Positions 12,881 through 25,488 of a stretch of 61,587 bases of DNA are shown here, piece after piece. This DNA comes from Chiloscyllium plagiosum (lineage: Eukaryota): assembly GCF_004010195.1 (NCBI RefSeq), contig NC_057719.1:6151372-6212958 (forward strand), read 5' to 3'. The stretch's first letter is position 1. Each line of letters starts with the position of its first letter. A program made the position numbers and the translations under genes. The notes beneath the pieces are model-generated. The model saw only the letters and a list, made by a program, of their open reading frames with translations. It searched no databases and had not been told where the DNA came from.

Positions 12881-13889
12881 AAAAGGAAATTCTCACCAAT
12901 CCTTAGTTATTTCTGACAGTGGTCCATTAAACACAGCTTTCCCTCCTTCTAATGTTGGGTCATCACTTTAGGCATCTCATCCTAACAGTTTATGTTTACC
13001 TGTTATTTATTCACCAATTCTCTCAGTTTAGTCTCAGTCGATGATTTAAAATGATCCATGATTCTCTTTTCTATTCCCAGAAAAGTTACAGCAGCCATCA
13101 AAGGCATTTTGAAATTCCAGCCCATGTAAAATTCTTGGGAATGACTTTCCAGGCCTTATGTTCAATATCTCCATGTACTCATTTTAAAGATTCATGGATT
13201 TTTCTTAAGTTCAACACTTTTCAATCATGTAAACAGTCCTCATTTCATGAAAATCCTGGTTGATGGTGATACTGGATAAGTGAGATCCATTAGACCATAA
13301 GATAGGGGAGTGGAATTAGACCATTCAGCCCATTGTGTGTGCTCCACCATTTGATCATGGCTGATATGCTTCTCAACCCCATTCTCCTGCTTTCTGCCCT
13401 AACCCTTGACCCCCTTACTAATGAAGAACTTATTTATCTCTGTCTCAAATGCACTCAATGACTTGGCTTCCACAGTCCTCTGCAGCGACAAGTTCCACAC
13501 AGTCATCACCGTCTGACTGAAGAAATTCCTCCTCATCTCAGTTCTAAAGCATCTGGCCTAATAGATCACAAGTAGTTTCTTACTTGCTTATTGTGATGGT
13601 CAGTCACTGAACATATTCACAAGAGGTTGTTGATGTGTTTTCTAATAAAAGAAAATCAAAGTTTATTGCACACTAAAGAAATAGGAAGCAACAAACAATT
13701 TTACACGATCAAAGAACTATTTGAAATGGTTATGTTGCGATTACCAGAAGTATTGTGGCTTGGAAGAAATGAATGGGCTCTGGTTAGTGGACCACTGCCA
13801 CAGGATCTGGGAAACAAGAGCTGTTCCACTGAGACAGGCTTCACTGGAACCAGGACCAGTGTCCTGGCGAACTATAGGGTCATACAGTA

Positions 13890-14370
13890 AAGAGTTATAC
13901 AGCATGGAAACAGGCCCTTCAGTCCAACCAGTCTATGCTGACCATTTTCCCAAACAAAACTAGTCCCACCTCCCTGCATTTGGCCCATATCCCTCCAAAC
14001 CTTTTATAACCATGAACTTACCCAACTGTCTCTGTGTTGTAACTGTACCTGCAACCACCATTTCCTCTGGCACTCATTCCACATATGAACCACTTTCTGT
14101 GTTAAAACGATGCCCCCATGTCCTTTTTAAAACTTCCTCCTCTCATCTTAAAAATATGTCTCCGAGTTTTGAACTCCCCCACCCTAGGGAAAAGACCCTT
14201 GCTAGTCACCTTATCTGTGCTGCTCATCATTATATAAATCCCTACAAAGTCATCCCTCAACCTCCTACCCTCCAGAGAAAAACGTCCCAGCCTATCTTCA
14301 AACCCTCCATTCTCTGCAACATCCTGGTAAATCTTTTCTGAACCCTCTCTAATTTAATAACATCCTTGCT
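13890..14370 (-). mobile_element. CR1 LINE 3' end
   Basis: Reverse complement homologous to 17765-18285. Confidence 0.8.
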
Positions 14371-14374
14371 AATA

Positions 14375-15372
14375 GCGGGGCAAAGTAGGATTCTAGAGGG
14401 GGCTTTGAAATGAGGGGAAGGTTTTAATTGAAGGGAGCTTTAAAAAGTTAAACAAAATGAGAGAGCAGAGGTACAGAGTAGTGAAGAGGTAAATGCTAAC
14501 CAAGAAGGTATAGAAAATATATGCAGAAAAGTGCAGCAGAAATTTGAACCAGAATAACTAATAATGGTAAAATGTCATTGTGTAAGGCTCTTTATCCAAA
14601 TGCCTATGACATTTATAACAAGATAATACAAAAAGAAATAAATGCCGATGATTTGATGGCTATTACAGAGACATGGGTGTAAGGTGACCACATCTGAGCA
14701 CATGATTTTGAAGAGTATTGGACCTTCAAGTAAAATTAGCAAAACAGAGAAGGAGGTGGGGTAGCTTTGGTAATAAAGGTTTGTATCAATGCGATGGTGA
14801 ATTGTGATAGAAATGCAATAGATTATGAGATGGAGCCAGTTTAGATGGAAATTAGCAATATCAAGGGAAACAAGTCATGAGTGTGAGTCCATAACCCCTG
14901 AAGAGTTGCATCACGGTAAGACAAGTGGGACAAGTAGGACAAAGTATAAATCAGCAAATTATGGAGACACGTAAGAAGGAGTTTACAATTGCCATGGATG
15001 TTTTTAACCTGTATATTGCCTGGACAATTCAGGTGGATAAAGATTCATGAAAGATGAAATTGTAACGTGAATGAGGAATTGTTTCTGAAAGTGGCATATT
15101 GTAGAACCACCCTGGGAACAGATTGTTTTCAATCCTGTAATACGTAATGAGATAGGATTAATAAAAGATTAAGTTCAGGGTCTCCTCGTGGGTAGTGATC
15201 ACAACATGGTAGAATTTCAACTTCAGTCTGAGAGAAAGCAACTCGTTTCTCAAACCTGTGTCCTCAACTTAAATAAGAGCAATTATAGAGATATGAAGAA
15301 AGAATTACACAAAGAAGATTGAGAAATAACATGAAGGGGAAGATTGATGGATAAGCAGTGAGGCATTTAAGC
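14375..15372 (+). mobile_element. CR1 LINE ORF2 5' part (endonuclease), decayed
   Basis: MAITETW, GGGVAL and GSDHNMV motifs. Confidence 0.75.
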
Positions 15373-16174
15373 ATGAACTTTGGTTAGGAGAATCAAAAGG
15401 CAGCTTATTATTTATTGGAGAGAGACTTTCCATTTCCAAATTATTTGTGTAAATCAGAAAAAGCAAGACTCCCAACATCTATCCCTGGGGAGCATCACTT
15501 TCAACGTGTCTCCAATTGAGAAACATTGTAGAGCTGATATCAGACTCATTGCCTCTTTCTCTACAGATTGGTATTTCAGTTGATAGGCATGAAATGTACA
15601 TGAAAATAAGCAATTCGATTTCCATTTCATCCTCTGGTAAAAACATTACACCAACATTAACATTGCTGACATCAACAGCCAGTTTAAATGGTTTTACATA
15701 AATTGGTGCTGTTAAAACCAGTGCAGGAGGGTACAGGTAGTCATTATGGCTTTCAGGTTGTCAAAGTCATTCTGATATTCCCTTGTGCAATCAAATTAAT
15801 TTCTCTTTTAATAAGTGTGTCAATGGAAGCTCAATAGTAATACTTTGACAGAGAGTGTGGTCAAACCAGAAATTCAGAGCAAGCATACAGTAAAATCCAC
15901 ACATGCCAAAATGGACAGCAAATTTCTTGTTTCGTATTATGGGCAAGAAAATCCAACATATCTTTAATTTTGCTTCTCGAGATGTTTCTTTCCTTGTCCC
16001 AGTGAATGACCCAAAAAGACTCTCATGCTTTGGCTATATTTATGACCAAATTGGCTCTTTGTCGCTGATCAGTTTGCTCAAGTCTGTAAGTACTCCTCCC
16101 AGGATTGGTTTAACACAAACAAAACAGTAAACTTTGCAGTTGCATATTCTTTTGATGAATATTCATTAAAATAG

Positions 16175-16510
16175 AGGCAGTATCCTTTCAGTAATGTCAC
16201 TGGACTATTAATCCAGATCAGTAATGTTCTGGGCAAAGGGATTTGAGTTTAATTAAATCTGGAATTAAAATCTATCCTGATGGCGATTGTCATAAAATAA
16301 TCCCATCAGGTTCACTAATGTCTGTTAAGGAGGGAAACCTGTCGTCCATATTTGCTCTGACCTCCATATGACTCCAGACCCACATCAATGTGGTTTTTTT
16401 TAAATGCCTTCTGAAGTGGCCTAGCAAATTATTTCATTCAAGGGCAATTAAGGGTGGGTAATAATTGTTGGCCCAGCGACATCCACATCCTATTAATTAA
16501 TTATTAAAAA
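16175..16510 (+). mobile_element. Second SINE-like family, inserted in the Gypsy RT
   Basis: CCCATCAGGTTCACTAATG...GACTCCAGACCCAC; related minus-strand copies at ~46220-46430 and ~51375-51670. Confidence 0.6.
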
Positions 16511-17764
16511 CCATTTCTGCAGCATTTTTCATTCCATCAGCATGACTTTAAAAAATAAAAGCATGACTTTAAAGTTCATCGAGGGTTACAAACACTGATT
16601 TTTTTTTGGATCTATCAGTCAGTATAACTTGCCAATCTTTTATTAGCGAGTCCTTTTTTGTAATAACCTGTTTGTTCAGTCCTCTCAATACACACTTTCA
16701 ATTGTGGAATTGGATATGAATCCCACTTTGTTACCACATTGGCAATTATAGAGATGTGAAGAAAGAATTGCACAAAGAAGATTGAGAAATTAAATGAAGG
16801 GGAAGATTGATGGATAAGCAGTGTCATCTATCTGGTGCTGGCACAGTCAGTAGTTCCAACTGCAGTGACTTTGTTCCATTATCTCTTCCCTTATTTTGAC
16901 TAATTTATTTAGGTTATGTCTGTAAGGATATTGTTTTAGGGGTAATGCATCCCTTACACTAACATCATCAATGATGTTCTCTTGGCTTATTTATACAAAT
17001 GATGCATTTCTAAGATGAAGTCATATCAAAAAAAAGCTTTCTGGGAGCCGCCATAGTATTCAATTCAACTTTGGATGCATCTCTATATTATATAATATGA
17101 TTACTGGAGATTTGCCTTCAGAATTTCCAATTTATGATTCATTCTTGCATTATTGATAGTTTTATTTCACTCCACCCTTCTTTCATATTGTAAATATATT
17201 TCTGGTTTGACGACTCTCTCTGGCAAAGTATTACTTTAACATATTAACATGGCATGCTTGCTGACATAGGTTTCCTGACTGGAAAGTTCTTGTTTTATAT
17301 CACTGAGCTTGAACTGTTCAGACAGGAAACCAATGTCAGCAAGCGTGTCACTAACACCTTGCTTTGAGTCACGAGTTTCTGAGCTCTGGTTTCTTTTTCA
17401 CCTGTTCCAGTTTTCATTGTCTGTCAAACATTCATCAAATGCTTTTTGGTCAATTCATTTTTGGTCAGTATTCTTGGAATGTTTCTACATCAGTCAGAAG
17501 GATAATCTCTGAGCTTTGATTGATAATTGTTTCCTAAACCAATTTAAGAGATTCTTTCTCCTCATGTCCATTATTCAGCACAAAAGAACGGAATCCTATG
17601 ATCTCTTCCGGGGTATTCCTAATGGTAAATAGTAACAAGGGAATTCAATCATTTGGACATTCCTGAAACATTTGATGTTATCTTTCTGACACTCCTTGAG
17701 ATTGTAGATGACAGGCTAAAGATGTAAATTGTTTTATTCCTAATCAATTCATTGTTGTTTTGTG

Positions 17765-18285
17765 ACATGTCGATGCAAAAGATGTTGTGAAACTTGAAAG
17801 GGTTCAGAAAAAGATTTACAAGGGTTTTGCCAGGGTTGCAGGATTTGAGCTATAGGGAGAGAGGCTGGACAGACTGGGGCTGTTTTCCCTGGAGCGTTGG
17901 AGGCTGAGGGGTGACCTTATAGAGGTTTTTACAATCATGATAGGGTTAATAGACAAAGTCTTTTCCCTGGGGTGAGGGTGTCCAGAACTAGAGAGCATAA
18001 GTTTAGGGTGAGAGGGGAAAGGTGGAAAAGAGACCTAAGGGGCAACCTTTTCACACAGAGGGTAGTGCGTGTATGGAATGAGCTGCCAGAGGATGTGGTA
18101 GAGGCTGGTACAATTGCAACATTTAAGAGGCATTTGGATGAGTGTATGAATAGGAAGGATTTGGAGGGATATGGGCCGGGTGCTGGCAGGTGGGACTAGA
18201 TTGGGTTGGGATATTTGGTTGGCATGGATGGGTTGGGCCGAAGGGTCTGTTTCCATGCTGTATATCTATGACTCTACGACTATGA
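17765..18285 (+). mobile_element. CR1 (HER1-like) LINE 3' end
   Basis: LRGNLFTQRVVRVWNELP; 3' tail shared with the SINE; (ACTCTATG)-type terminal repeats. Confidence 0.9.
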
Positions 18286-20594
18286 CATTACATTTGAACC
18301 TTAATCTAATTGCATTTCTTTACACACTGAGAACATTTAACTAACATCTTCACTTTTATATTTGCTGTGATTTCCATCAAAGACACAGCCTGAGGAAATC
18401 TTATGCAAACATCCATGATCGTGCAAAGATACTGATCAACACTTCTGATATTAAATAGGTGTCCCACACAATCAACTTATGCTCCTTGAATGCTAATGGC
18501 AGAATTAGGGAAGGAAGATTAGTTGTATGGTAGGTTGGCAAAATGTCACCACATTTTATTGTGATCCTGGCAATAAGAATGGTTTAGTACTTAAGCCTGT
18601 TTATTTCTAGTACCCAAGGAATGCCATTGGAATTTCATGAGCCACTTGTAAAATTTTCTTATGATACTCAGATCGAATTACCGCCGCATCAACAACTCTC
18701 CATTCGCATTGGCTGGAAATTAAGATGACCTCCATTTCCTCATTAAAATTCTGTCTTTTGAATAATAGCACCAATACCAATAATGGGCACTGGTTATGAT
18801 TCAGTTTCTCTTCAGACTCTCTCATGTTAGGATCCTTCCTGTTGTATTTCCCGAAAGGAAGATGGGCTAAAGCTTCACTTGACCTCCTCCTTTTGGCTTA
18901 GGATTTTAAACATGGAGTCAGTTAACTGAATTTCTAAGTCATCTCCCTTCTCCCTCTTTCTGTCTAATTATAGGGGCCTGAACAACATGATCAGGAAATA
19001 ATCCAGGATGCAGCATCTCAGTTGACGTTACTTTCACTGATTGATAGCCTTGTCAAAAGCCCTTCCAGCTTCCTTTCTGTTGATGATCAAGAGGGGATGT
19101 ACGGGTGATAATTGGGCAGATTGGATAGGTTCTGTTTATTTTGCACCTGGGTAATGTCCCACATTGTGAGGTGGCTTTGTAACCAATGTCACTCATCCCA
19201 AAGTCCAGAATACCGTAGTAACCAAAATGTGCATTCAGGCATTCTGCAATCTCACCAGCAGTCACTGAAGTCGACTGGTCTCTCACTCAATATTTTGGTA
19301 GCACTTTGTCGTGACAAGGTAATCAGCACGTGTGAGTGTGAAGAGCTTTATTTCCAGGTTCGTCCATGGTTTGTCTGGATGTCAAATGCCATCAGACACC
19401 CTCTAGCTTGTTACACTTGTATTGATGACACACATTGCCCTGGATGATGAGGTCATTGATTATGTTGGTGGACAGCACAGCACATCTCTCGCCTTTCTCA
19501 CAATGAACTCAATTTCCCTGAGGTCTCCACAGGAGGTACTTTAGAATTTCTCATCTCTTTAGGGATAATATTTCTTTTGTACAAGATGCTGCTGTGAGTT
19601 GTGAATTCATCATTGTATCTCTTGTGACCACAGGAGCACCCTTGGTACCATCAGGGCATTCTTCCATCAGTATTTCTTGCAACCTTTGGAGAATTACAAA
19701 CTACTGTTCATGGCTAGCTCACTTGATTTGAGGAAGGTGTTTGTCCATCAGCTACAATGTCTCTTCTAAGCTGGTGACTTCTGCCACTTCATATTGAGTC
19801 CAGAAGAGTTCACTCTCAATCACAGCATCTGCTACTTTCATTGGGAGGAGTGCTGCTCTTGACAGTGTGTCACTGATGTCCATCAGTATCCCTTGCTTGG
19901 TTGTCATGTTCAGATTAAATCACAGCCAGAGTAGACACTGGAGCAGAGTAATATCTTGAGGAAAATGCTTTGATGTTAGGCTTGTGGTTAGACTCAGCTG
20001 TCCAAACAGATATTGATGAGAATGCTCACAAGCAAAGCCAATGGCCTACGTACTCAGTATCAATCTAACCTCTGTATCATTCCTTACAGCACTAATACTG
20101 TCGATGCAAATGCAATGGGCTGTCCTTGCTACATTAGAATTGCTTGAAGTCCCATTTCACTAGTGCCACACAGCAGGGTTACCTCATCATTGTAGCTCAG
20201 CATGAACACTCCTGGTTCCCGTTGTTTGATGAGCACTGAACACCGCTTTTTCTTGCATATCCTAATCTCATTGCCATTGGGTTGGGGAAATCGTTCACAC
20301 TCTGATGACGAATTGGGAAAGAACTTTTCTACGCTGTCTCTTATAGATCACTGATACAACAGGTTGGAATTCAAGTCCCAATATTCCCAGTGTCTTTGTC
20401 AAGGCTAAAGGTTTTATAGAGGTATTCAAAATTTGTCAGTAGACCTGATATTTAGACCAAGGTTGACAGAAAGCACAGACAAGGAATGACTACCAATTAC
20501 AAGTAAACAGACTCTACCTACAGGCAAATGATTATGAACTGTCAACTTCTGACTCTACCAGTCACAACTCTAACTCCCTATAAACTCCTCTCTT

Positions 20595-21288
20595 ACACAT
20601 ACTCACACAGATACACACAGACAAACATGCACATACATCAACACTCACACACATACACATATGTGCACAGGCGCACACACATGCTCACACACATTCCACA
20701 CATCAAGTCACACACACAGATGTACACACACACACAGACTCATACAGACACATGTGCACACACAGGCACAAACACACATGCACACACAGAGCTACACACA
20801 GACGTGCACACAGACACACAGATACAGAGACACACACATGCACATACAGACACAGACACGCACATACACACTCACACACACATACAGACACACACACACA
20901 TACAGACACAGACACACACATACAGACACAGACACACGCAATTTGCTTGATCAGGAGTAAACTTTATCTTTTAAAGAATAGTTTAGTTTAGTCCTTTCTA
21001 TTCCCTTCGATTTAGTTGAATTCCTGGCCAACACATACACACAGACACACACACACATACGCACATACAGACACAGACCACGCACATACAAACACACACA
21101 CCCGCGCACACGCACATACAGACACAGACACACACGTACGCACATACAGACACAGACATATGCACATACAGACACACACACCCGCACATACGCACATACA
21201 GACACAGGCACAGACACACACACGTAGGCACATACAGACACAGATACACGCACATACAGACACACACACATATAGACACAGACACACA
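20595..21288. repeat. Two degenerate (CA)n-rich tracts
   Basis: 20595-20940 and 21030-21288. Confidence 0.9.
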
Positions 21289-22247
21289 CTTGGAAAAAAG
21301 ACAGTTATTATGGATGGAAGGAAAACTGGGAAAGCAGACCACCTCAGGATGTGCTGAGGTGATTTTTGTGATGATCCTCCCTTCGCTCATGCTTTTAGTC
21401 ACAGGATGAGTGGTTCACATTTACACATGTAGAAAAAGGTCGATGACTTATTCATTAAAAATCAGAGTTTGCAGCAATTGCAAAAAAAAGATGAGGTGAC
21501 TTTCTTCAGGTGGAAAGTGAGTTTTGCTGCAAAGAACAACTCAGCTTTTTAACAACTACTGGGCAAAGACCTTTCATTGTTGGTATACAATCCATGTTTA
21601 AGGTTTCAGACATTGCTAATTGCATTTTGTCTGGTACACATTCAGGTGCATCTGATGGTCAAGCACAAGATTTTGATTGCGATCAGCAATGGCTCCTTCC
21701 ATTGTCTCCCTGCATCTGTAAACTGGCAGATGATCCACTATCGGACTAAGAAGGTCACTATCTCACGTTGTGCGTGTTGATATTCCTGTGGAGCTATGGA
21801 TACACCACACAGCATGCACAGCCAGCTATACCTCCCAAAGTGTGTCCAGAATGGAATTAGAGAACTGTTGCTTTCATCTGGAGTCGAAACCTTAGCTTGC
21901 TCCCTCTCCATGGATGCTGCTTGACCCACTGTGATCTCCAGCATTTTTTTGTTTACAGTTCACGCATTTATATCCATCCTTTGCATCTAGAGTCATCAAA
22001 ACTTTGCTTCTGTAATATGTGGCAAACATCTCTGATGGTTGTCATGGGGTAGTGACATCCCTTCAGAGATTTATTCCTATCCTTTGAGCTGATGCATAAT
22101 GTCACCATTCCCAGTTGCTTCTGTCAGTTTATTTCTGTCGGATTCTATTAACTCTTTCCTTCTTTTCCAACCCCTCTATCTTGCCTGTCAAGTTGGTCTT
22201 GAGGGCAGCTCATCAGTTGACTGCACTGAGATCTGCTCTGTGATCAG

Positions 22248-22488
22248 CCTGTGTGGAGTTTGCACATTCTCCCCGTGTCTGCGTGGGTTTCCTCCGGGTG
22301 CTCCGGTTTCCTCCCACAGTCCAAAGATGTGCAGGTCAGGGTGAATTGGCCATACTAAATTGCCCGTAGTGTTAGGTCCGTTAGTCAGAGGGAAATGGTT
22401 CTGGGTGGGTTATTCTTCGGAGGGTCGGTGTGGACTCGTTGAGCCAAAGGGCCTGTTTCCACACTGTAGGGAATCTAATCTAATCTAA
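22248..22488 (+). mobile_element. 5'-truncated HE1-like SINE
   Basis: Homologous to 8980-9216. Confidence 0.85.
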
Positions 22489-22489
22489 T

Positions 22490-23338
22490 ACAGGAGAATA
22501 TAGATAGACTGGAGAGTTGGATGGAAAAGTAGCAGATGGAGTTCAATCCAGACAAACGTGGTGCGACGCATTTAGGCAAGACTAACTCTAGACCAAATTA
22601 TACAGTAAAAGGAAGAGCCTTGGGAAAAGTTGATGGGCAGAGATATCTAGGAGTGCAGGTCCATTTTATCCTGAAGGTTGCTGCACAGGTGGATAAAGTG
22701 GTCAAGAAGGCATATAGCATGCTTGCCTTCATCGGACGGGGTATTGAGTATAAGAGCTGGCAAGTCATGTTAAAATTGTACTGGACATTGGTTCGGCTGC
22801 ATTTAGAATACTGTGTACAGTTCTGGTCACCACATTACCAAAAGGATGTGGACGCTTTGGAGACGGTTTATGAGACCGTTGCCTGGTATGGAAGGTGCTA
22901 GCTATGAAGAGAGGTTGAGTAGGTTAGGTTTGTTTTCATTAGAAAAAAGGAGATTGAGGGGGGACCTGATTGAGGTTTACAAAATCATGAAGGGTATAGA
23001 CACAGTGGACAGAGACAAGCTTTTTCCCAGGGTGAAGGATTCAATAATGAGAGGTCACGCTTTCAAGGTGAGAGGTGGAAAGTTTAAGGGGGATACACGC
23101 GGCAAGTACTTCACACAGAGGGTGGCGGGCGTTTGGAACGCATTGCCAGCGGAGGTGGTAGAAGCAGGCATGGTAGATTCATTTAAGGTGTGTCTGGACA
23201 GATGCATGAGTAGGTGGGGAGCAGAGGAATACAGATGCTTAGGAATTGGGCTATAGGTTTAGACAGTACATTTGGATCGGCTCAGGCTAGGAGGGCCGAA
23301 GGGCCTGTTCCTGCACTGTAAATTTTCTTTGTTCTTTA
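22490..23338 (+). mobile_element. CR1 LINE 3' end
   Basis: LVRLHLEYCVQFWSPHY and YFTQRVAGVWNALP. Confidence 0.92.
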
Positions 23339-24434
23339 TATATGCAAAATTATTTGTTTTCTTGCAGTAAGAAGAGTGTGCCTTGTGCCTTCTTTTCCTT
23401 TGAGTAGTGTTCTGTACAGTATTTTCCTTCTGCCCTTCAACTATGACTTTTCTGCCCTTTCAGTCTGGACTGTCTATCAGCACATTGCAAGCCCTGGTCT
23501 GCTCTGTCTTGTTGATGCTATAGTTGCTGATTCACAACCTCAGTGCTTCTGCAATACGCCAATCTCTTTCCAGTGAGTAACTTCCTCCTCTTTCACTTGA
23601 CGTGCTCTCACGAAAGAATCTTCTGTGCCTAATACAATCCTAACTTTAGTTAAATCATCTTCTAGATGTGCAAAATGATGCGATTCTGTGAGTAGTGTTA
23701 ATACAGTCACATATCGATCAATAAGGTCCATTCACACGAGGTTGAAAGTGAACTTTTAAGACTTTGAAAATGTCTACAGTCTGCAAATCTGAATGGCCAA
23801 AGGAAGAGGCAGGTGCAGGTCCAACCTTCAGATCTTTCTGCAATGTGCTGTAAGAGAGGGAAACCTCAGGACAGTCGCCTGCAGGGGGACCAGTTACCAT
23901 CACCCCCTGCTTTTGAACAAACTTCCTGTATCGGGGAGGATGGGGTCTGGAGGAGAGCAATTTGAAAATTTGCCCAGGATCCTGGCAGCCCTGAACTTCC
24001 CCTGAATTCAGGACATGGTCTTCACAATCTAGCTGGAGTTGTTTATTTAGCTGGTGTTGAAATGTGCAGGCCAGTTCTTTCTGCTGCACGAGTCCCTTTG
24101 AATGTGTACGTGGGCAGGAAAGAGAGACTGCTTATATCTACTATCTCCTCTGCATTGCGGGGAATGGGCTCATCCGCAATTTGAAGCAAGTGTTTATTTA
24201 GAAAATGGATTCCAGCAATGTCCCACCACATTGTCCTCACTACCACCTTCTCCCTCCAGCTGCTCAGTTTGACCCCTCACATGGACACATAGAGTAATCC
24301 AAAAGCTTTGCATCAAGCTGTTACTTAAAATGTGACTTATTTTGCACATGGCCCACTGTGGACCACTTCTGTACTTCCATCATTTCCTTCAGTCAGTAAC
24401 AGTTAACAGAACACACATTCACAAGGATACCCTG

Positions 24435-25265
24435 TCATAGACATTTACCACACAGCAGGCCATTCAGCCCATTGTGCTGGTCAACAAAGACCTGAGTACG
24501 CTATTCCCGTTTCCCAGCGCTTAGCCCACAGCCCAGAGAATTCAAGTGAATATCTCAACATTGCTTGCATGTTACAAAAGGTAACAGCCAGCGTCAACCA
24601 GCCCTCCAAGGAAGCTAGCTCCACACACCCACCAAATTCTGTGTGAAAACATTTGTGCTCAAGTCCCTGTCCATCTTTCTACTGGTCACCTTAAATCCAT
24701 TGTCCATGGTCATGGACCCCTCTACTAACAGAAAAAGAGTATCTTCCTACCCATCCTGTCTATGCCCCTCATAATCTTCTACATCAGTATCAGGTCTTTT
24801 TTCAAGCTTTACTGCTCTAAGGAAGACAACCATAGCTTATCCAAAATTGCTCCTCATAGCTCAGACCCTCCAACCCATGCAGCATCCTGGTAAATCCCCT
24901 CTGCACCCTCTCCAGCGCAATCACATCCCTCCTACAAGGTGGTGACAGACGTGTACACAGTACCCCACCGTGGCCTATTCAGTGTTTTATACAATTCCAG
25001 ATTATCTCCCTGTTCTTGTATTCTATGTCTCTACTAATAAAGGTCAGTATCCCATATGTCTTCTTAAGCACCTTATCTACTTGTTCTGCTGCTTTCAGGG
25101 ATCTGTGGAGAGGCACACCAAGGTTCCTCTGATCTTTAATTTCTGGGGTTGTTGTGTAATTCATTGTGTAATCCATCAGTTTGACCTGTCCAAGTGAATT
25201 ACCTGACATTTTTCCAGGTAAAATTCCATTTTCCACTTCTCCTTCCAGCTGACTTGTCCAATGGT
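24435..25265 (-). mobile_element. CR1 LINE 3' region, decayed
   Basis: QRNLGVPLHRSLKAAEQVDKVLKKTYGIL. Confidence 0.8.
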
Positions 25266-25488
25266 ATCCTCCCACACACAATTGATTCACATCCACGTTG
25301 TCTTGTGAATTGTAGGTTTGGGAGGGCGAAAACTGCTCTGTGTTTAATGCACAGCCTGTCATGTGCCTACTTTAACTTGGCTAATAGAGTCAACATCTCC
25401 TGGTGTCTGATTAATGTTCAGTTAGCTATTGTACGTAGCTCATGTAACCTCTAGATTAGTTCTGTCTGTTTCGCTATTGAGTAATGTG

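Larger units (their letters stand above)
15470..19020 (-). mobile_element. Gmr1-like Gypsy LTR retrotransposon pol remnant (INT-RT-RNaseH)
   Basis: Integrase KILQVAHEIPM / VDCVGHL at 18.4-18.7 kb; RT VTKWDSYPIP at 16.7 kb; RNase H FKLAVDVSNVNVG...YQSVEKEAMSLISALQ at 15.5-15.7 kb. Confidence 0.75.
19040..24420 (-). mobile_element. Decayed conventional Gypsy element (gag-PR-RT-RH-INT) with nested insertions
   Basis: RNase H-like GLQAIL..GQPIAFAS near 20.1 kb; integrase-like segment at 19.1-19.4 kb; RT-like segment at 21.6-22.2 kb; heavily frameshifted. Confidence 0.5.
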
